DNA from: an uncultured Collinsella sp.
Lineage (GTDB): Bacteria > Actinomycetota > Coriobacteriia > Coriobacteriales > Coriobacteriaceae
Direction of reading: 5' to 3'
Assembly: GCA_900546115.1 (NCBI GenBank)
Contig: URBQ01000003.1
Span: 22,415-86,414 of the forward strand
Length of the DNA stretch: 64,000 bases
The stretch's first letter is position 1. Every line of letters begins with the position of its first letter. Shown here piece by piece: positions 19,281 through 28,884 of this stretch. The translations under genes and the position numbers were made by a program. Under the pieces are notes generated by a model. The model did not search any database. It was not told the origin of the DNA and saw only the letters and a list, made by a program, of their open reading frames with translations.

Positions 19281-21707
19281 ATGGCTCAACAACTGTCGCT
19301 GTTTGGTTCGCCGGAACCGGAGGAGACTCCGGTGAAGCCCGAGCCTGCACCCGAACCCATCGCCGCCTACGCGAGCGTGGTCCTCGACATCCCCACCCGT
19401 GCGCTGTCGGAACCGTTTGCTTACGGCATCCCCGAGTCCCTTGCCAACGAGGTCCAGATCGGATCCACGGTCCTGGTCCACTTTGGTAACCGTGCCGCCG
19501 CGGGCTATATCGTTGATATTGCGCCTGAGCTGGGCGACCTGCAGGGTAACAACGCCCTCGACCCCGCGCGTATTAAAGCCGTCGAGGCTATCCTCAGCAA
19601 ACCGCTCTTTACCGCCGAAGCCGCCCGTATCGCACGCTGGATGAGCCACGAGTACGTCGCGACGCTTTCCGAATGCCTGCGCCTGTTCTTGCCCCCTGGC
19701 GGCAGCCCGCGTGTGGTCAAGGGTGACGACAGTGTGTGGACGGTTGAACGTCCCGCCGTGAAGCCTATCCAAAACCGCTGGGTCATGCTTACGCCCGAGG
19801 GCTTTGACTACACGCCGCCCAAGACCGCGGTCCGCCAGCGGCAGCTCATCGAGGCGCTCCAGTGCGGCCCGGTCACGACGCGCGACCTCAACCTTCTCTA
19901 TAACAGCATGTCGGCGACCATCAAGGCGCTCGAAAAACGCGGCGTCGTGGTTGTGGAGGAGCGCCGCGCCTGGCGTGGCTGCAGCGAGCAGACCACGCTG
20001 TCCTCGGCGAGCGGCAAGGCCCCGATGGCACTCACCAACGGTCAGCGACAGGCCCTCGCGCAGATTGAGCGCGCACGCCTTGACGCTCACGGCGACGTGG
20101 TCCTAGTCGATGGCGTCACTGGATCCGGCAAAACCGAGGTCTACCTTTCCGCTATCGAGCGCGTGCTCGCGGCCGGCCGCTCAGCCTGCGTACTGGTGCC
20201 CGAGATATCGCTGACAGCCCAGACCGTCGGCCGCTTCCGCTCGCGCTTTGGCGAGACGGTCGCCGTGTTCCATTCGCGGCTTTCGGCCGGCGAGCGCCTG
20301 GACCAGTGGGATATGGTTGCCAGCGGTGCGGCCCGCGTGGTCGTCGGCGCTCGCTCGGCGCTCTTTTGCCCGCTCAGCGACTTGGGCCTCATCATCATCG
20401 ACGAGGAGCACGAGACCAGTTACAAGCAGGGCTCCAGTCCGCGCTACCACGCGCGCGAGGTGGCGGCCGAGATGGCGCGGCGCTATCGCTGCCCGCTCGT
20501 GTTGGGCTCCGCCACGCCCTCGGCCGAGGCCCTCGACCGCTGCCGTCGTGGCACGTATAACGGTGCCACTTGGACGCGTGTCGAGATGCCCGAGCGCCCG
20601 GGACACGCCGTGCTTCCCATGGTCCGAATTGCCGACCTGCGCCGTGAGTTTTCTCACGGCAGCCGCTCCATGTTCTCAAAACCCTTGATGGAGGGCTTGG
20701 ATCGCGTGGTCGAACGCCGTGAGAAGGCCGTGCTGCTGCATAACCGCCGCGGCTTTGCGCCGTTTTTGATGTGCCGCGAGTGCGGCTGCGTCCCCACCTG
20801 CAACCACTGCTCCACCGCGCTTACGTATCACGAGCGCACGCACACGCTGCAGTGCCACACTTGCGGTTCGTCTTGGCGCGTGCAGCCGTATCCCGCGCCC
20901 ACGAGCCGTTGCCCCAAATGTGGCAGTCGCTATCTTGCAAAAATGGGGCTGGGCACGCAGCAGATCGAGGACGCATTGCACCAGATGCTGCCCGAGGACG
21001 TCGCCATCATCCGCATGGATGCCGATTCCACGCGCGGCAAGGATGCGCACAAAAAGCTGCTCGAGCAGTTCGATGCGGCCGATTGCGCCGTGTTGCTGGG
21101 CACCCAAATGATCGCCAAGGGTCTCGACTTTCCCGAGGTCACGCTCGTGGGCGTGGTCAATGCCGACTTCGCCCTCAAGCTGCCGGACTTCCGCGCAGGG
21201 GAGCGCGCCTACGATTTACTGGAGCAGGTCGCCGGCCGTGCCGGTCGCGGTGATCGTCCCGGTGAGGTGATCATCCAGACCTACCTGCCCGAGGATCCGG
21301 TCATTCGCGCCGTCGCTAAGCACGACCGTTCGATCTTTACCGACTACGACCTGGACCAGCGCCGCGACGCCCTGTATCCACCGTTCGTGCGTCTGGTCAA
21401 CATTTTGGTGTGGTCGGCGAACCGAGACGACGCGCAAGACTACATCGGCCGCATCGCCAAGCTCCTCAAGCGTCGCTGGCATGCCGCCGCGCCCGATTTT
21501 TTGCGGGCAGGGAGTGCCGTGCCGCAGGTGCTGGGCCCGGCTTCGTGTGTAATCGAGAGAGCCAAGGACCGTTACCGCTTCCATCTGCTTGTGAAGTCGC
21601 CCGTGGGGTACCATGTCTCTGATGATATCGACGCCTGCCTCAAAGAGGTGGGCTCCGTGCGCGGCGTGAGCGTGAGCGTTGACGTCGACGCCTATGATTT
21701 GATGTAA
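19281..21707 (+). CDS. priA: Primosomal protein N' (replication restart helicase PriA)
   Basis: Walker A GSGKTEVY, DEEH box, Cys-rich zinc module CRECGCVPTCNHC...CPKCGS; 808 aa. Confidence 0.9.
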   Translation: MAQQLSLFGSPEPEETPVKPEPAPEPIAAYASVVLDIPTRALSEPFAYGIPESLANEVQIGSTVLVHFGNRAAAGYIVDIAPELGDLQGNNALDPARIKAVEAILSKPLFTAEAARIARWMSHEYVATLSECLRLFLPPGGSPRVVKGDDSVWTVERPAVKPIQNRWVMLTPEGFDYTPPKTAVRQRQLIEALQCGPVTTRDLNLLYNSMSATIKALEKRGVVVVEERRAWRGCSEQTTLSSASGKAPMALTNGQRQALAQIERARLDAHGDVVLVDGVTGSGKTEVYLSAIERVLAAGRSACVLVPEISLTAQTVGRFRSRFGETVAVFHSRLSAGERLDQWDMVASGAARVVVGARSALFCPLSDLGLIIIDEEHETSYKQGSSPRYHAREVAAEMARRYRCPLVLGSATPSAEALDRCRRGTYNGATWTRVEMPERPGHAVLPMVRIADLRREFSHGSRSMFSKPLMEGLDRVVERREKAVLLHNRRGFAPFLMCRECGCVPTCNHCSTALTYHERTHTLQCHTCGSSWRVQPYPAPTSRCPKCGSRYLAKMGLGTQQIEDALHQMLPEDVAIIRMDADSTRGKDAHKKLLEQFDAADCAVLLGTQMIAKGLDFPEVTLVGVVNADFALKLPDFRAGERAYDLLEQVAGRAGRGDRPGEVIIQTYLPEDPVIRAVAKHDRSIFTDYDLDQRRDALYPPFVRLVNILVWSANRDDAQDYIGRIAKLLKRRWHAAAPDFLRAGSAVPQVLGPASCVIERAKDRYRFHLLVKSPVGYHVSDDIDACLKEVGSVRGVSVSVDVDAYDLM

Positions 21708-21725
21708 CAACCTGAAAGGATGGCC

Positions 21726-22262
21726 ATGGAAGCCAACGGAATCGTACTGTCGCCCGACCCTCGTTTACGCCAGGAGTGCGCCGTCATCGAGGAGATCACC
21801 CCGGCGATCGAGGCGCTTGCCGAGAAGATGAAGAAGATGATGTTCGAGAATGGCGGCTGCGGCCTGGCTGCTCCGCAGATCGGCGAGCTTATTCAGCTCG
21901 TCACCATCGACTGCGACTACAGCGACAAGAACGACTACGACCCGTACGTGCTCATCAATCCTGTCATTGTTGAGCAGAGTGACCATTTGGTGCCGTTTAG
22001 CGAGGGCTGCCTGTCTATCCCCGGGATTAGCTGCGAGATTGAGCGTCCCGACCATGTCGTCGTCGAGGCGTATGATCTGGGCGCCAACCTGATTCGCTAT
22101 GAGGCCTCGGGCGATCTGTTCTGCGTGTGCCTGCAGCACGAGATCGACCACCTGCACGGCAACACCATGTTCGAGCGCCTTAAGCCCATGCAGAGGCTCA
22201 AGGCCGTCAAGGAGTACCAGGACGCCCTGGCCCGCGGCGCTCGACCGGGCGAGACGGAGTAG
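21726..22262 (+). CDS. def: Peptide deformylase
   Basis: Motifs GCGLAAPQIG, EGCLSIPG and HEIDHLHG. ATG 21726 has better spacing to the AAAGGA Shine-Dalgarno than the in-frame ATG 21720 used by the track. Confidence 0.9.
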   Translation: MEANGIVLSPDPRLRQECAVIEEITPAIEALAEKMKKMMFENGGCGLAAPQIGELIQLVTIDCDYSDKNDYDPYVLINPVIVEQSDHLVPFSEGCLSIPGISCEIERPDHVVVEAYDLGANLIRYEASGDLFCVCLQHEIDHLHGNTMFERLKPMQRLKAVKEYQDALARGARPGETE

Positions 22263-22273
22263 GGCCCACCGTT

Positions 22274-22369
22274 CCCGGTGCTGAGCGCCCACATATCATC
22301 CCGTGCTCAAACATTCTCGCTTTGCTGCGAAACTGCGCGCGGGACGATATGTGGGCGCTCAGCACCGGG
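22274..22369. repeat. Long palindrome in the def-fmt spacer (30-bp arms, 1 mismatch, 36-nt spacer)
   Basis: cccggtgctgagcgcccacatatcatcccg (22274-22303) pairs with cgggacgatatgtgggcgctcagcaccggg (22340-22369). Confidence 0.8.
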
Positions 22370-22589
22370 GGCTGCGTTGTTCTGGCTCGGTTCGCCCGGG
22401 TGCCGTCGGGCCAGGGATGGGCGTCTTCGCTGATGGGTGCTTTGCTGAAAGAGCTGCTTTTATTGCGGCTCTTTCTTTGGTTTTGGGTATATTTGTTCTT
22501 GTTGAAATGTTATTGCGGATGGGCTGGTGATTTGGCTTTCCGCTGCTCTTTGTAGCCGTCTCGGCTTTGGTTGAGGGGAGATGTCCTTT

Positions 22590-23510
22590 ATGCGTATTGT
22601 GTTTATGGGTACGCCTGATTTTGCTGTGCCTTCGCTGACTTCGCTTGTGGAGGCTGGGAATGAGATTGCGCTTGTTGTTACTCGTCCTGATGCTGTTCGT
22701 GGGCGTGGTAAGAAGCTTGAGCCGTCTCCTGTTAAGGCTAAGGCGCTTGAGCTGGGGTTGCCGGTTGTTGAGGCAAATCGTATGACGCCTGAGGTTGTTG
22801 AGGCACTTCAGGCTGCCCGGGCTGACATTTTCTGTGTAGCTGCTTATGGCTGCATTTTGCCCGATGAGGTGCTGCATATGGCGCCGCTTGGTATTGTGAA
22901 TGTTCATGCTTCGCTGCTGCCTCGTTGGCGTGGGGCTGCTCCTATTCAGCGTGCCATTCTTGCTGGTGACGAGGTCGCCGGCGTTTCTATTATGCGCATT
23001 GGGCATGGCGTGGATACCGGCGCCTATTGTGCGCAGGCCTCGACCTCGGTTGCCGGTAAGCATGCCGAGGCGCTGACTATGGAGCTCGCTGAGCTCGGCG
23101 GCAAACTGCTTGCCGATATGCTTCCTTCTCTTGCCGATGGCATCGCCGTGTGGATCGAACAGGACGAGGCGCTCGTTACCCATGCTGCCAAGATTTCTAA
23201 GCAGGAGATGCGCTTGGATCCGCAAATGTCGGCGCTTGATTGCGTGCGTCATGTGCTGGCCTCATCCGATACCGCGCCTGCTCGTTGCGTGATTGCCGGC
23301 AAGACCGTGCGTGTGCTCGATGCTGCGGCGGCTGATGTGTCGCTTGGCGAGGGTCAGGTTCTCGTTCAGGCTAAGCGTGTTTACCTTGGCCTTTCCGATG
23401 GCTCGGTTGAGTTGCTCGAGGTTAAGCCTGATGGCAAGCGTGCTATGGTCGCTTCTGCTTGGGCTGCTGGCCTGCAGGGTGCCGATCTTTCGTGGGGTGT
23501 TTTGTCATGA
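22590..23510 (+). CDS. fmt: Methionyl-tRNA formyltransferase
   Basis: MRIVFMGTPDFAV start, 9 nt after GAGGGGAG (the track start 22581 has almost no SD spacing). Motif HASLLPRWRGAAPIQ. Confidence 0.9.
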   Translation: MRIVFMGTPDFAVPSLTSLVEAGNEIALVVTRPDAVRGRGKKLEPSPVKAKALELGLPVVEANRMTPEVVEALQAARADIFCVAAYGCILPDEVLHMAPLGIVNVHASLLPRWRGAAPIQRAILAGDEVAGVSIMRIGHGVDTGAYCAQASTSVAGKHAEALTMELAELGGKLLADMLPSLADGIAVWIEQDEALVTHAAKISKQEMRLDPQMSALDCVRHVLASSDTAPARCVIAGKTVRVLDAAAADVSLGEGQVLVQAKRVYLGLSDGSVELLEVKPDGKRAMVASAWAAGLQGADLSWGVLS

Positions 23511-24907
23511 GCAAGCTGTCTCCCGCGCGCAAGCTTGCGCTCGATGTGCTGATGGAGGCCGATCGCCGTGGCATGTATGCGCGCGACGTGTTGTCTTCCC
23601 GTGCTTCCGCCAAGGCCATTGACCAGCGCGATTCTGCGTTTGCCGCTCGCTTGGCGCTCGGTGTTGCCGCCACGCAGGGTGTTTTGGACGAGCTGCTCGA
23701 TCAGTTTCTCGATAAGCCCAAAAAGGTTGCGCCGCGCGTTCGCATGGCGCTTCGTATCTCGGCCTTCGAGATGCTCTACCTGCATACGCCGGGCCGTGTT
23801 GCCGTAAGTCAGGGTGTTGAACTGGTTCGTTGCGGTGCTAAGTCCGCCGCCGGCTTGGCCAATGCTGTACTGCATAAGGTTGCGGACAATGTTGAGGACT
23901 TTGCCACGGCATCCGACATGGATGAGTCCGAGCGACGCTTGGTTCGTCTGTCGCGCCTTATGGGTCTTCCTCGCTGGCTGTGCGCTCGCATTATGGCGTC
24001 GTTTGACACGCCCGAGGGTGCGCTTAACTTTGCCGGCAATCTGGCCCCCGCGCCGCTGGCCCTGCATGAGAACGCCTTTGCGACTAAGCTCGATCCGTAT
24101 ATTTCGCAGCTTGTGGCACCCGTGTTCCCGGGCTGCCATGCCCCGGTTGATGCCCAGGTTACCGTTGCTTCGGGTGTGTTTGAGCGTGCTGCCGCGGTGG
24201 CATCTGATCTCAACGCGCAACTTATCGCCACAGCTGCCACGCGCCCTGGTAGCTGCCTTGAGATTGGTGCTGGTCGTGGCACCAAGACCTATGTGATGAT
24301 GTGCCAGGCCAAGCGTGCGGGCTATGAGCGTCAGCATACGGCGCTCGATCTGCATGATCGCAAGTGCGATCTGAATCTCGCTCGCCTGCATAAGGCCGGC
24401 ATTCAGGGCGTTCGTACGGTTTCGGGTGATGCTTGCGAGCTTGATGAGGTGCTCACATCATTTGATGCCATGCTTGGCGAGCCGGTTAAGTTCGACACGG
24501 TCTTTATCGACGCGCCGTGCTCTGGCACCGGCACTATGCGCCGTCATCCCGAGATTCCGTGGCGTCTGACCGAAAAGGATGTGACGGTTGAGCTGCCCAA
24601 GCTGCAGCTGACGATGCTCAAAGAGGCTGCTGCGCGCGTGGCTGCCGGCGGCGAGCTCATCTATGCGACGTGCTCGGTTTTCGACGAGGAGAACACGCAG
24701 GTCGTGGAAGCGTTCCTGAGCTCTCCCGAGGGTGCCGGCTTTAGCGTTGCACCGCTTTCCGAGGCGCAGATTCTTCAATTGCCTGAGTTCGCCCAGGCCA
24801 AGAAGCTCGTATCCGTACGCCAGAACGATCGAGGCCTCTTCCAAAGCGTGCCGGTAAACGCCGACTCCTACGACGGCCACTTCTGCGCCCGCCTGGTCCA
24901 CAAGTAA
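23507..24907 (+). CDS. rsmB: 16S rRNA (cytosine-C5)-methyltransferase RsmB/Sun
   Basis: ATG 23507 overlaps the fmt stop (ATGA). N-terminal NusB-like domain; SAM-MTase motifs DAPCSGTGT and YATCS. Confidence 0.85.
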   Translation: MSKLSPARKLALDVLMEADRRGMYARDVLSSRASAKAIDQRDSAFAARLALGVAATQGVLDELLDQFLDKPKKVAPRVRMALRISAFEMLYLHTPGRVAVSQGVELVRCGAKSAAGLANAVLHKVADNVEDFATASDMDESERRLVRLSRLMGLPRWLCARIMASFDTPEGALNFAGNLAPAPLALHENAFATKLDPYISQLVAPVFPGCHAPVDAQVTVASGVFERAAAVASDLNAQLIATAATRPGSCLEIGAGRGTKTYVMMCQAKRAGYERQHTALDLHDRKCDLNLARLHKAGIQGVRTVSGDACELDEVLTSFDAMLGEPVKFDTVFIDAPCSGTGTMRRHPEIPWRLTEKDVTVELPKLQLTMLKEAAARVAAGGELIYATCSVFDEENTQVVEAFLSSPEGAGFSVAPLSEAQILQLPEFAQAKKLVSVRQNDRGLFQSVPVNADSYDGHFCARLVHK

Positions 24908-24913
24908 CGACTA

Positions 24914-24980
24914 AGTTGCGGTGAAATAGGGATTGAATAGCGGCTTCTGCCCGCCAAACAGTCCTTATTTCACCGCAACT
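24914..24980. repeat. Palindrome just after rsmB (19-bp arms, 1 mismatch, 29-nt spacer)
   Basis: agttgcggtgaaataggga (24914-24932) pairs with tccttatttcaccgcaact (24962-24980). Confidence 0.7.
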
Positions 24981-25004
24981 CATAAGGAACCTGGGCAGCT
25001 AAAG

Positions 25005-25042
25005 AATCAGCCCCGCGATTGGTGTTGGTCGCGGGGCTGATT
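25005..25042. terminator. 14-bp hairpin between the convergent rsmB and zinc-ribbon genes
   Basis: aatcagccccgcga / tcgcggggctgatt with a 10-nt loop. U-tails are weak on both strands. Confidence 0.5.
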
Positions 25043-25047
25043 GGTTT

Positions 25048-25284
25048 CTAGTGGCTATGCGGGCAGTTGGCGCAGCAACCGCTGGTGGCGCTGGTGCTGG
25101 AGCCGCCACTGCGCTGATCAGTGTTGTAGAAGCCGCTGCCCTCAAACTTGATGCCGCTGGCCGAGAACGTCTTGGCGGCCGGAGCGCCGCAGTTGGGGCA
25201 CACGACCTCGGGGGTCTCGGACATGGGATGCTCAACCTCAAACACGTTGCCGCAGCTCGAGCACTTGTAATCGTAGCGCGCCAT
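25048..25284 (-). CDS. FmdB-family zinc-ribbon protein
   Basis: MARYDYKCSSCGNVFEV...VVCPNCG: CxxC...CxxC N-terminus typical of the family, with a Ser/Gly-rich tail. 78 aa. Confidence 0.7.
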   Translation of the reverse strand: MARYDYKCSSCGNVFEVEHPMSETPEVVCPNCGAPAAKTFSASGIKFEGSGFYNTDQRSGGSSTSATSGCCANCPHSH

Positions 25285-25372
25285 AATACTTCCTTTTCAG
25301 CACAAAGCGGGCAGATTACTCTGCCCGCAAAAATTCAAACGTCTGTAACTGTACCCTATATCGGGCGTTTTA

Positions 25373-28300
25373 TCACGCTTCGCCCCAGAATCTATGCGTG
25401 TTGCGCAGGAGCTGTGCGGTTTTGCCCTCGGCGGCCGCAACGTCGGCCTCGTCAGCCTGCCAGGTCCAGTTGCCCGTGGCCACGCCCGGTACGTTCATGC
25501 GCGCGTCGTCGCCCAGCCCCAGGACATCCTGCAGCGGCATCATCACCAGGGGAGCGTCGCTTGTCAGCGCGTCACTCATCAGCTTGGCTGCCACCTCAAC
25601 ACCGCTCGGCTCGTCGCCGCCCGCAAAGGAGCGCGTGCACCAACCCGCGAGCGTCGACGTGTCGTGAGTCGATGTGTACAGGATCTTGCCGGGCGTAGGG
25701 TGCACGCCGCAACGAACGTCGTAATCGCTAAACTCCAGTACGTCCATACCGGGGAAGCCGCAAGTCGAAGCCATGGCGCGAACACCGGGCGTCAGGTAGC
25801 CCAGGTCCTCGGCGATAAAGTTGAGCGGCCCCAACTCGTCATAGGCGGTCTGGAAAAGGTCCTTGCCCGGGCCTGCCAGCCAACGCCCGTCGGCACAGGC
25901 CTTACCTGCGGGAATGCTAAAGTAGCTGTGGAAGCCCAGGAAGTGATCCAGGCGCACGCGGTCGTAGAGCGAGAACGCACGACGTAGGCGATCCATCCAC
26001 CAGCGGTAGCCGTTCTGCTTCATGTGGTCCCAGCGGAACGTCGGGTTGCCCCACACCTGGCCCTCGGGCGCAAAGTTGTCGGGCGGCGCGCCAGAAATCT
26101 CAATCGCCTTACCGGTATCGGACAGCCAGAAGTTCTCGGGCTCGCTCCATGCATCGGCCGAATCGTCCGAGACATACATCGGGATATCGCCGATGACCTC
26201 GATGCCCTTCTTGTGCGCGTAGTTCATGAGCTCGCACCAGGCTAGGTCAAAGCGGTACTGCATGTACGCCTGCAGCTCTGCCTCGTCGTGGAAACGCTTG
26301 TCGTCAATCAGGTGCTCGTTGTAGCGCGCGACATCCGTCGGCCAATCGTGGCGCGACTCGCCCTCAAAGTACTTCTTAACGGCCATGTAGACGCAGTATT
26401 TCTCGAGCCAATCGGCGTTGCGATGTTTAAACGCGGTGTAGAGCGGATCGGCATCTTCGCCGCCACGGGCCTTCCAGGTCTCAAAGTCGGCGGCTAGCTC
26501 CTTGTGACTCTCGGGCAGCAGGTCGATATTGCCAGCAAAAGCCGAGGGCCCGGCATAGGGGGAGCGGAAGAAATCCGTCGGGTTGACGGGCAGGACCTGC
26601 CAGTAGCGCATGCCCATAGCGGACAGATGGTCGATAAAGCGACGCGTTGGTGCGCCGATCGTGCCGGGCTTGCCGTCATCGGTCGGTACCGAGGTGATAT
26701 GGCACACAACGCCCGCGCCGTGATCGAGCGGCTCCTGCAGGCGCTGCTCGGCATGGTGATAGATGATCGACGAGCCCAGCGGATACAAATCGAGCGTGAC
26801 CGTGCCGTTGTGGATCTCGCACTCGTGACCGCTGATCACGTCACTCGCGCATTCATCGAGCGCCGGAATCGTCACGCGGTGCGAATTGCGCAGACTACGA
26901 TTAATGATAACCGTCGCGGACTCGCCATCCTTGCCCGTGCGGTTGTATGCCAGCACCTCGTCGTTGAGCGCGAAGGCCTTGATCTCGCCGTCGATCATAA
27001 ACGGCAGTCCGCGGCGTACGGCGGAGGCGTTTTTGACAATAGCCAGCGTGTCGAAGTCGTGCAGTTGGTCCTTGGCCGGCAGGGTGCGGCGGTTGCCCGG
27101 ATCGGTTAGACCCTCCAGGCCGTATTCGTCGCCGTAGTAGATCGAAGGCACGCCGGGGAAGGTCATCTGCATGAGCGTGGCGAGCCAAAAACGGCTCTTG
27201 GCTAGGCCCATCGAGTTCTCGTCCAGGCGCCATTTGCTGCGCTCGCACTCGGGCAGCTGCGACTCGTCGGGGCCGCCGCCGAGCACCGAGATAATGCGCG
27301 GACGGTCGTGGCTCGAAAGCAGATTAAGTGCGCAGGACAGGGCCTCACGGGGATAGTTCTCGCGCAGGGTTTCGATATCCTCGGCTGCCTGGTAGGCGTT
27401 CTTGTAGCCCATCAAAAAGCCGATGACCATGTCGCGGAAGGGGTAATCCATAGCAGAGTCCAACTCGGAGCCCTGTAGGTAGCGACGCAGATGGCCGTAG
27501 CTGATCTTGTTGGAGGCATCTTCCCAGACCTCGCCGAGCAACAGCGCATCGGGCTTTTCGGCAAGTACGGCCTTCTTGATCTCGGCCAGGAAGTCGTCGG
27601 AAAGCTCGTCAGCGACGTCCAGGCGCCAGCCATGAGCGCCGGCACGTAGCCATTTACGGATCACGCCGTCCTTGCCCAGAAGCCGCTCGCGTACCAGCTC
27701 GGAGCTCTCATTGATGGCGGGCATATTGCCCACGCCCCACCAGCAGTCGTATGAGCCGTCCTCGTGGAAATAAAACGCATCGCGCCATGGCGAATCCTCG
27801 CTCTGCCACGCGCCCACGCCGGGGTAGTTGCCGTAGCGGTTGAAATAGATCGAGTCATCGCCCGTGTGGTTGAAGACGCCGTCCAGAATGATGGAGATGC
27901 CCAGCTTCTCGGCCGCCTGGCACAGCTCGGTAAAGTCCCGCTCGGTGCCCAGGATCGGGTCGATCTTGGTGTAGTCGGCCGTGTCGTAGCGGTGGTTGCT
28001 CGCGGCTTCAAAAATGGGGTTGAGGTAGATGGCCGTAAAGCCCAGCTCGGCGATGCGAGGCAGGTCTTCCTGGATGCCCTTGAGCGACCCGCCGTAGAAG
28101 TCCCAGGTTTTGATGGAGCCGTCTTCGGCGCGCTCGTACACGGGCGGCTCGTTCCAGTCCTCGACCATGCGGCGCTGGATTCCGTTGCGCGGTTTTTCGA
28201 CTTCGGCCAGCGTGCGCTCGCGCCAGTTTTCGTCGCGGGCATAGCGGTCGGGGAAGATCTGGTAAACCATGCCACGCTCGTACCACTCGGGACGAACTTC

Positions 28301-28669
28301 GCGGTGCTTGTAGACGGTGACCTGGAACGACGGAACCTCGGCGTAGTCGTAGGTTACGCCCTCGCCGCCGGTGCGGCCCTGCGGTGCGCCCAGACGAACC
28401 TCGGGCTGGCCCTCGATATTGCAGATAAAGCTGTACCAGATAAGACAGGGCTCGGTGCACTCAAGCTCTACGGTAAAGATGCCGTCGCCCTCGTGCGTCA
28501 TGGGATACAGAGTTTCCCCGATCTCATCGACCCAGGTTCGCAGCGTAAGCGTTGCCTGGTTGGGGTCGGCATCCTCCAAAATTACCGACAGCGAAACGGA
28601 AGTTCCTATGGTCACAGCGCCAAACGGAGTGCGAAACTGCGGCAGACGGCTGTTGTGTATCAATCTCAT
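25373..28669 (-). CDS. Bifunctional glucan enzyme: GH13 alpha-amylase/neopullulanase-like domain fused to GH77 4-alpha-glucanotransferase (MalQ-like)
   Basis: N-terminal half has GH13 motifs YLNPIFEAASNHRYDTADY, DGVFNHTG, GWRLDVADE and LLSSHD. C-terminal half has GH77 motifs YWQVLPVNP, SPYAGPSAFAGN and IGDIPMYV. The start at MRLIHNS (28669) is preferred over the track start 28765 and is uncertain. Confidence 0.8.
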   Translation of the reverse strand: MRLIHNSRLPQFRTPFGAVTIGTSVSLSVILEDADPNQATLTLRTWVDEIGETLYPMTHEGDGIFTVELECTEPCLIWYSFICNIEGQPEVRLGAPQGRTGGEGVTYDYAEVPSFQVTVYKHREVRPEWYERGMVYQIFPDRYARDENWRERTLAEVEKPRNGIQRRMVEDWNEPPVYERAEDGSIKTWDFYGGSLKGIQEDLPRIAELGFTAIYLNPIFEAASNHRYDTADYTKIDPILGTERDFTELCQAAEKLGISIILDGVFNHTGDDSIYFNRYGNYPGVGAWQSEDSPWRDAFYFHEDGSYDCWWGVGNMPAINESSELVRERLLGKDGVIRKWLRAGAHGWRLDVADELSDDFLAEIKKAVLAEKPDALLLGEVWEDASNKISYGHLRRYLQGSELDSAMDYPFRDMVIGFLMGYKNAYQAAEDIETLRENYPREALSCALNLLSSHDRPRIISVLGGGPDESQLPECERSKWRLDENSMGLAKSRFWLATLMQMTFPGVPSIYYGDEYGLEGLTDPGNRRTLPAKDQLHDFDTLAIVKNASAVRRGLPFMIDGEIKAFALNDEVLAYNRTGKDGESATVIINRSLRNSHRVTIPALDECASDVISGHECEIHNGTVTLDLYPLGSSIIYHHAEQRLQEPLDHGAGVVCHITSVPTDDGKPGTIGAPTRRFIDHLSAMGMRYWQVLPVNPTDFFRSPYAGPSAFAGNIDLLPESHKELAADFETWKARGGEDADPLYTAFKHRNADWLEKYCVYMAVKKYFEGESRHDWPTDVARYNEHLIDDKRFHDEAELQAYMQYRFDLAWCELMNYAHKKGIEVIGDIPMYVSDDSADAWSEPENFWLSDTGKAIEISGAPPDNFAPEGQVWGNPTFRWDHMKQNGYRWWMDRLRRAFSLYDRVRLDHFLGFHSYFSIPAGKACADGRWLAGPGKDLFQTAYDELGPLNFIAEDLGYLTPGVRAMASTCGFPGMDVLEFSDYDVRCGVHPTPGKILYTSTHDTSTLAGWCTRSFAGGDEPSGVEVAAKLMSDALTSDAPLVMMPLQDVLGLGDDARMNVPGVATGNWTWQADEADVAAAEGKTAQLLRNTHRFWGEA

Positions 28670-28823
28670 AATACGGTCCAGTTCAATAGAATCACGGCCT
28701 GCGGGCCATGGCTTTACGCACAGGATGTAAGTATATCTGTTGTACATAGGCTGTATAAACAACATCCGTTTACCATCGGCGAACGGTTGTCCTAGAAAAT
28801 CGTTTTACCAACTATTAACAGAG

Positions 28824-28850
28824 AAGGGGCGCCCGGTTGGAGCGCCCCTT
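28824..28850 (-). terminator. Weak hairpin downstream of glgA
   Basis: aaggggcgc / gcgcccctt with a 9-nt loop. There is no convincing U-run. Confidence 0.3.
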
Positions 28851-28884
28851 GCTTAGGGTTTGATGAGGTTTTGGATCGTCTGGA

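Noticed and set aside
22303-22555. Two overlapping 75-77-aa ORFs in the def-fmt spacer
   Set aside because: They start inside the long palindrome, have hydrophobic low-complexity translations from the T-rich DNA, and have no SD. They are probably non-coding spacer.
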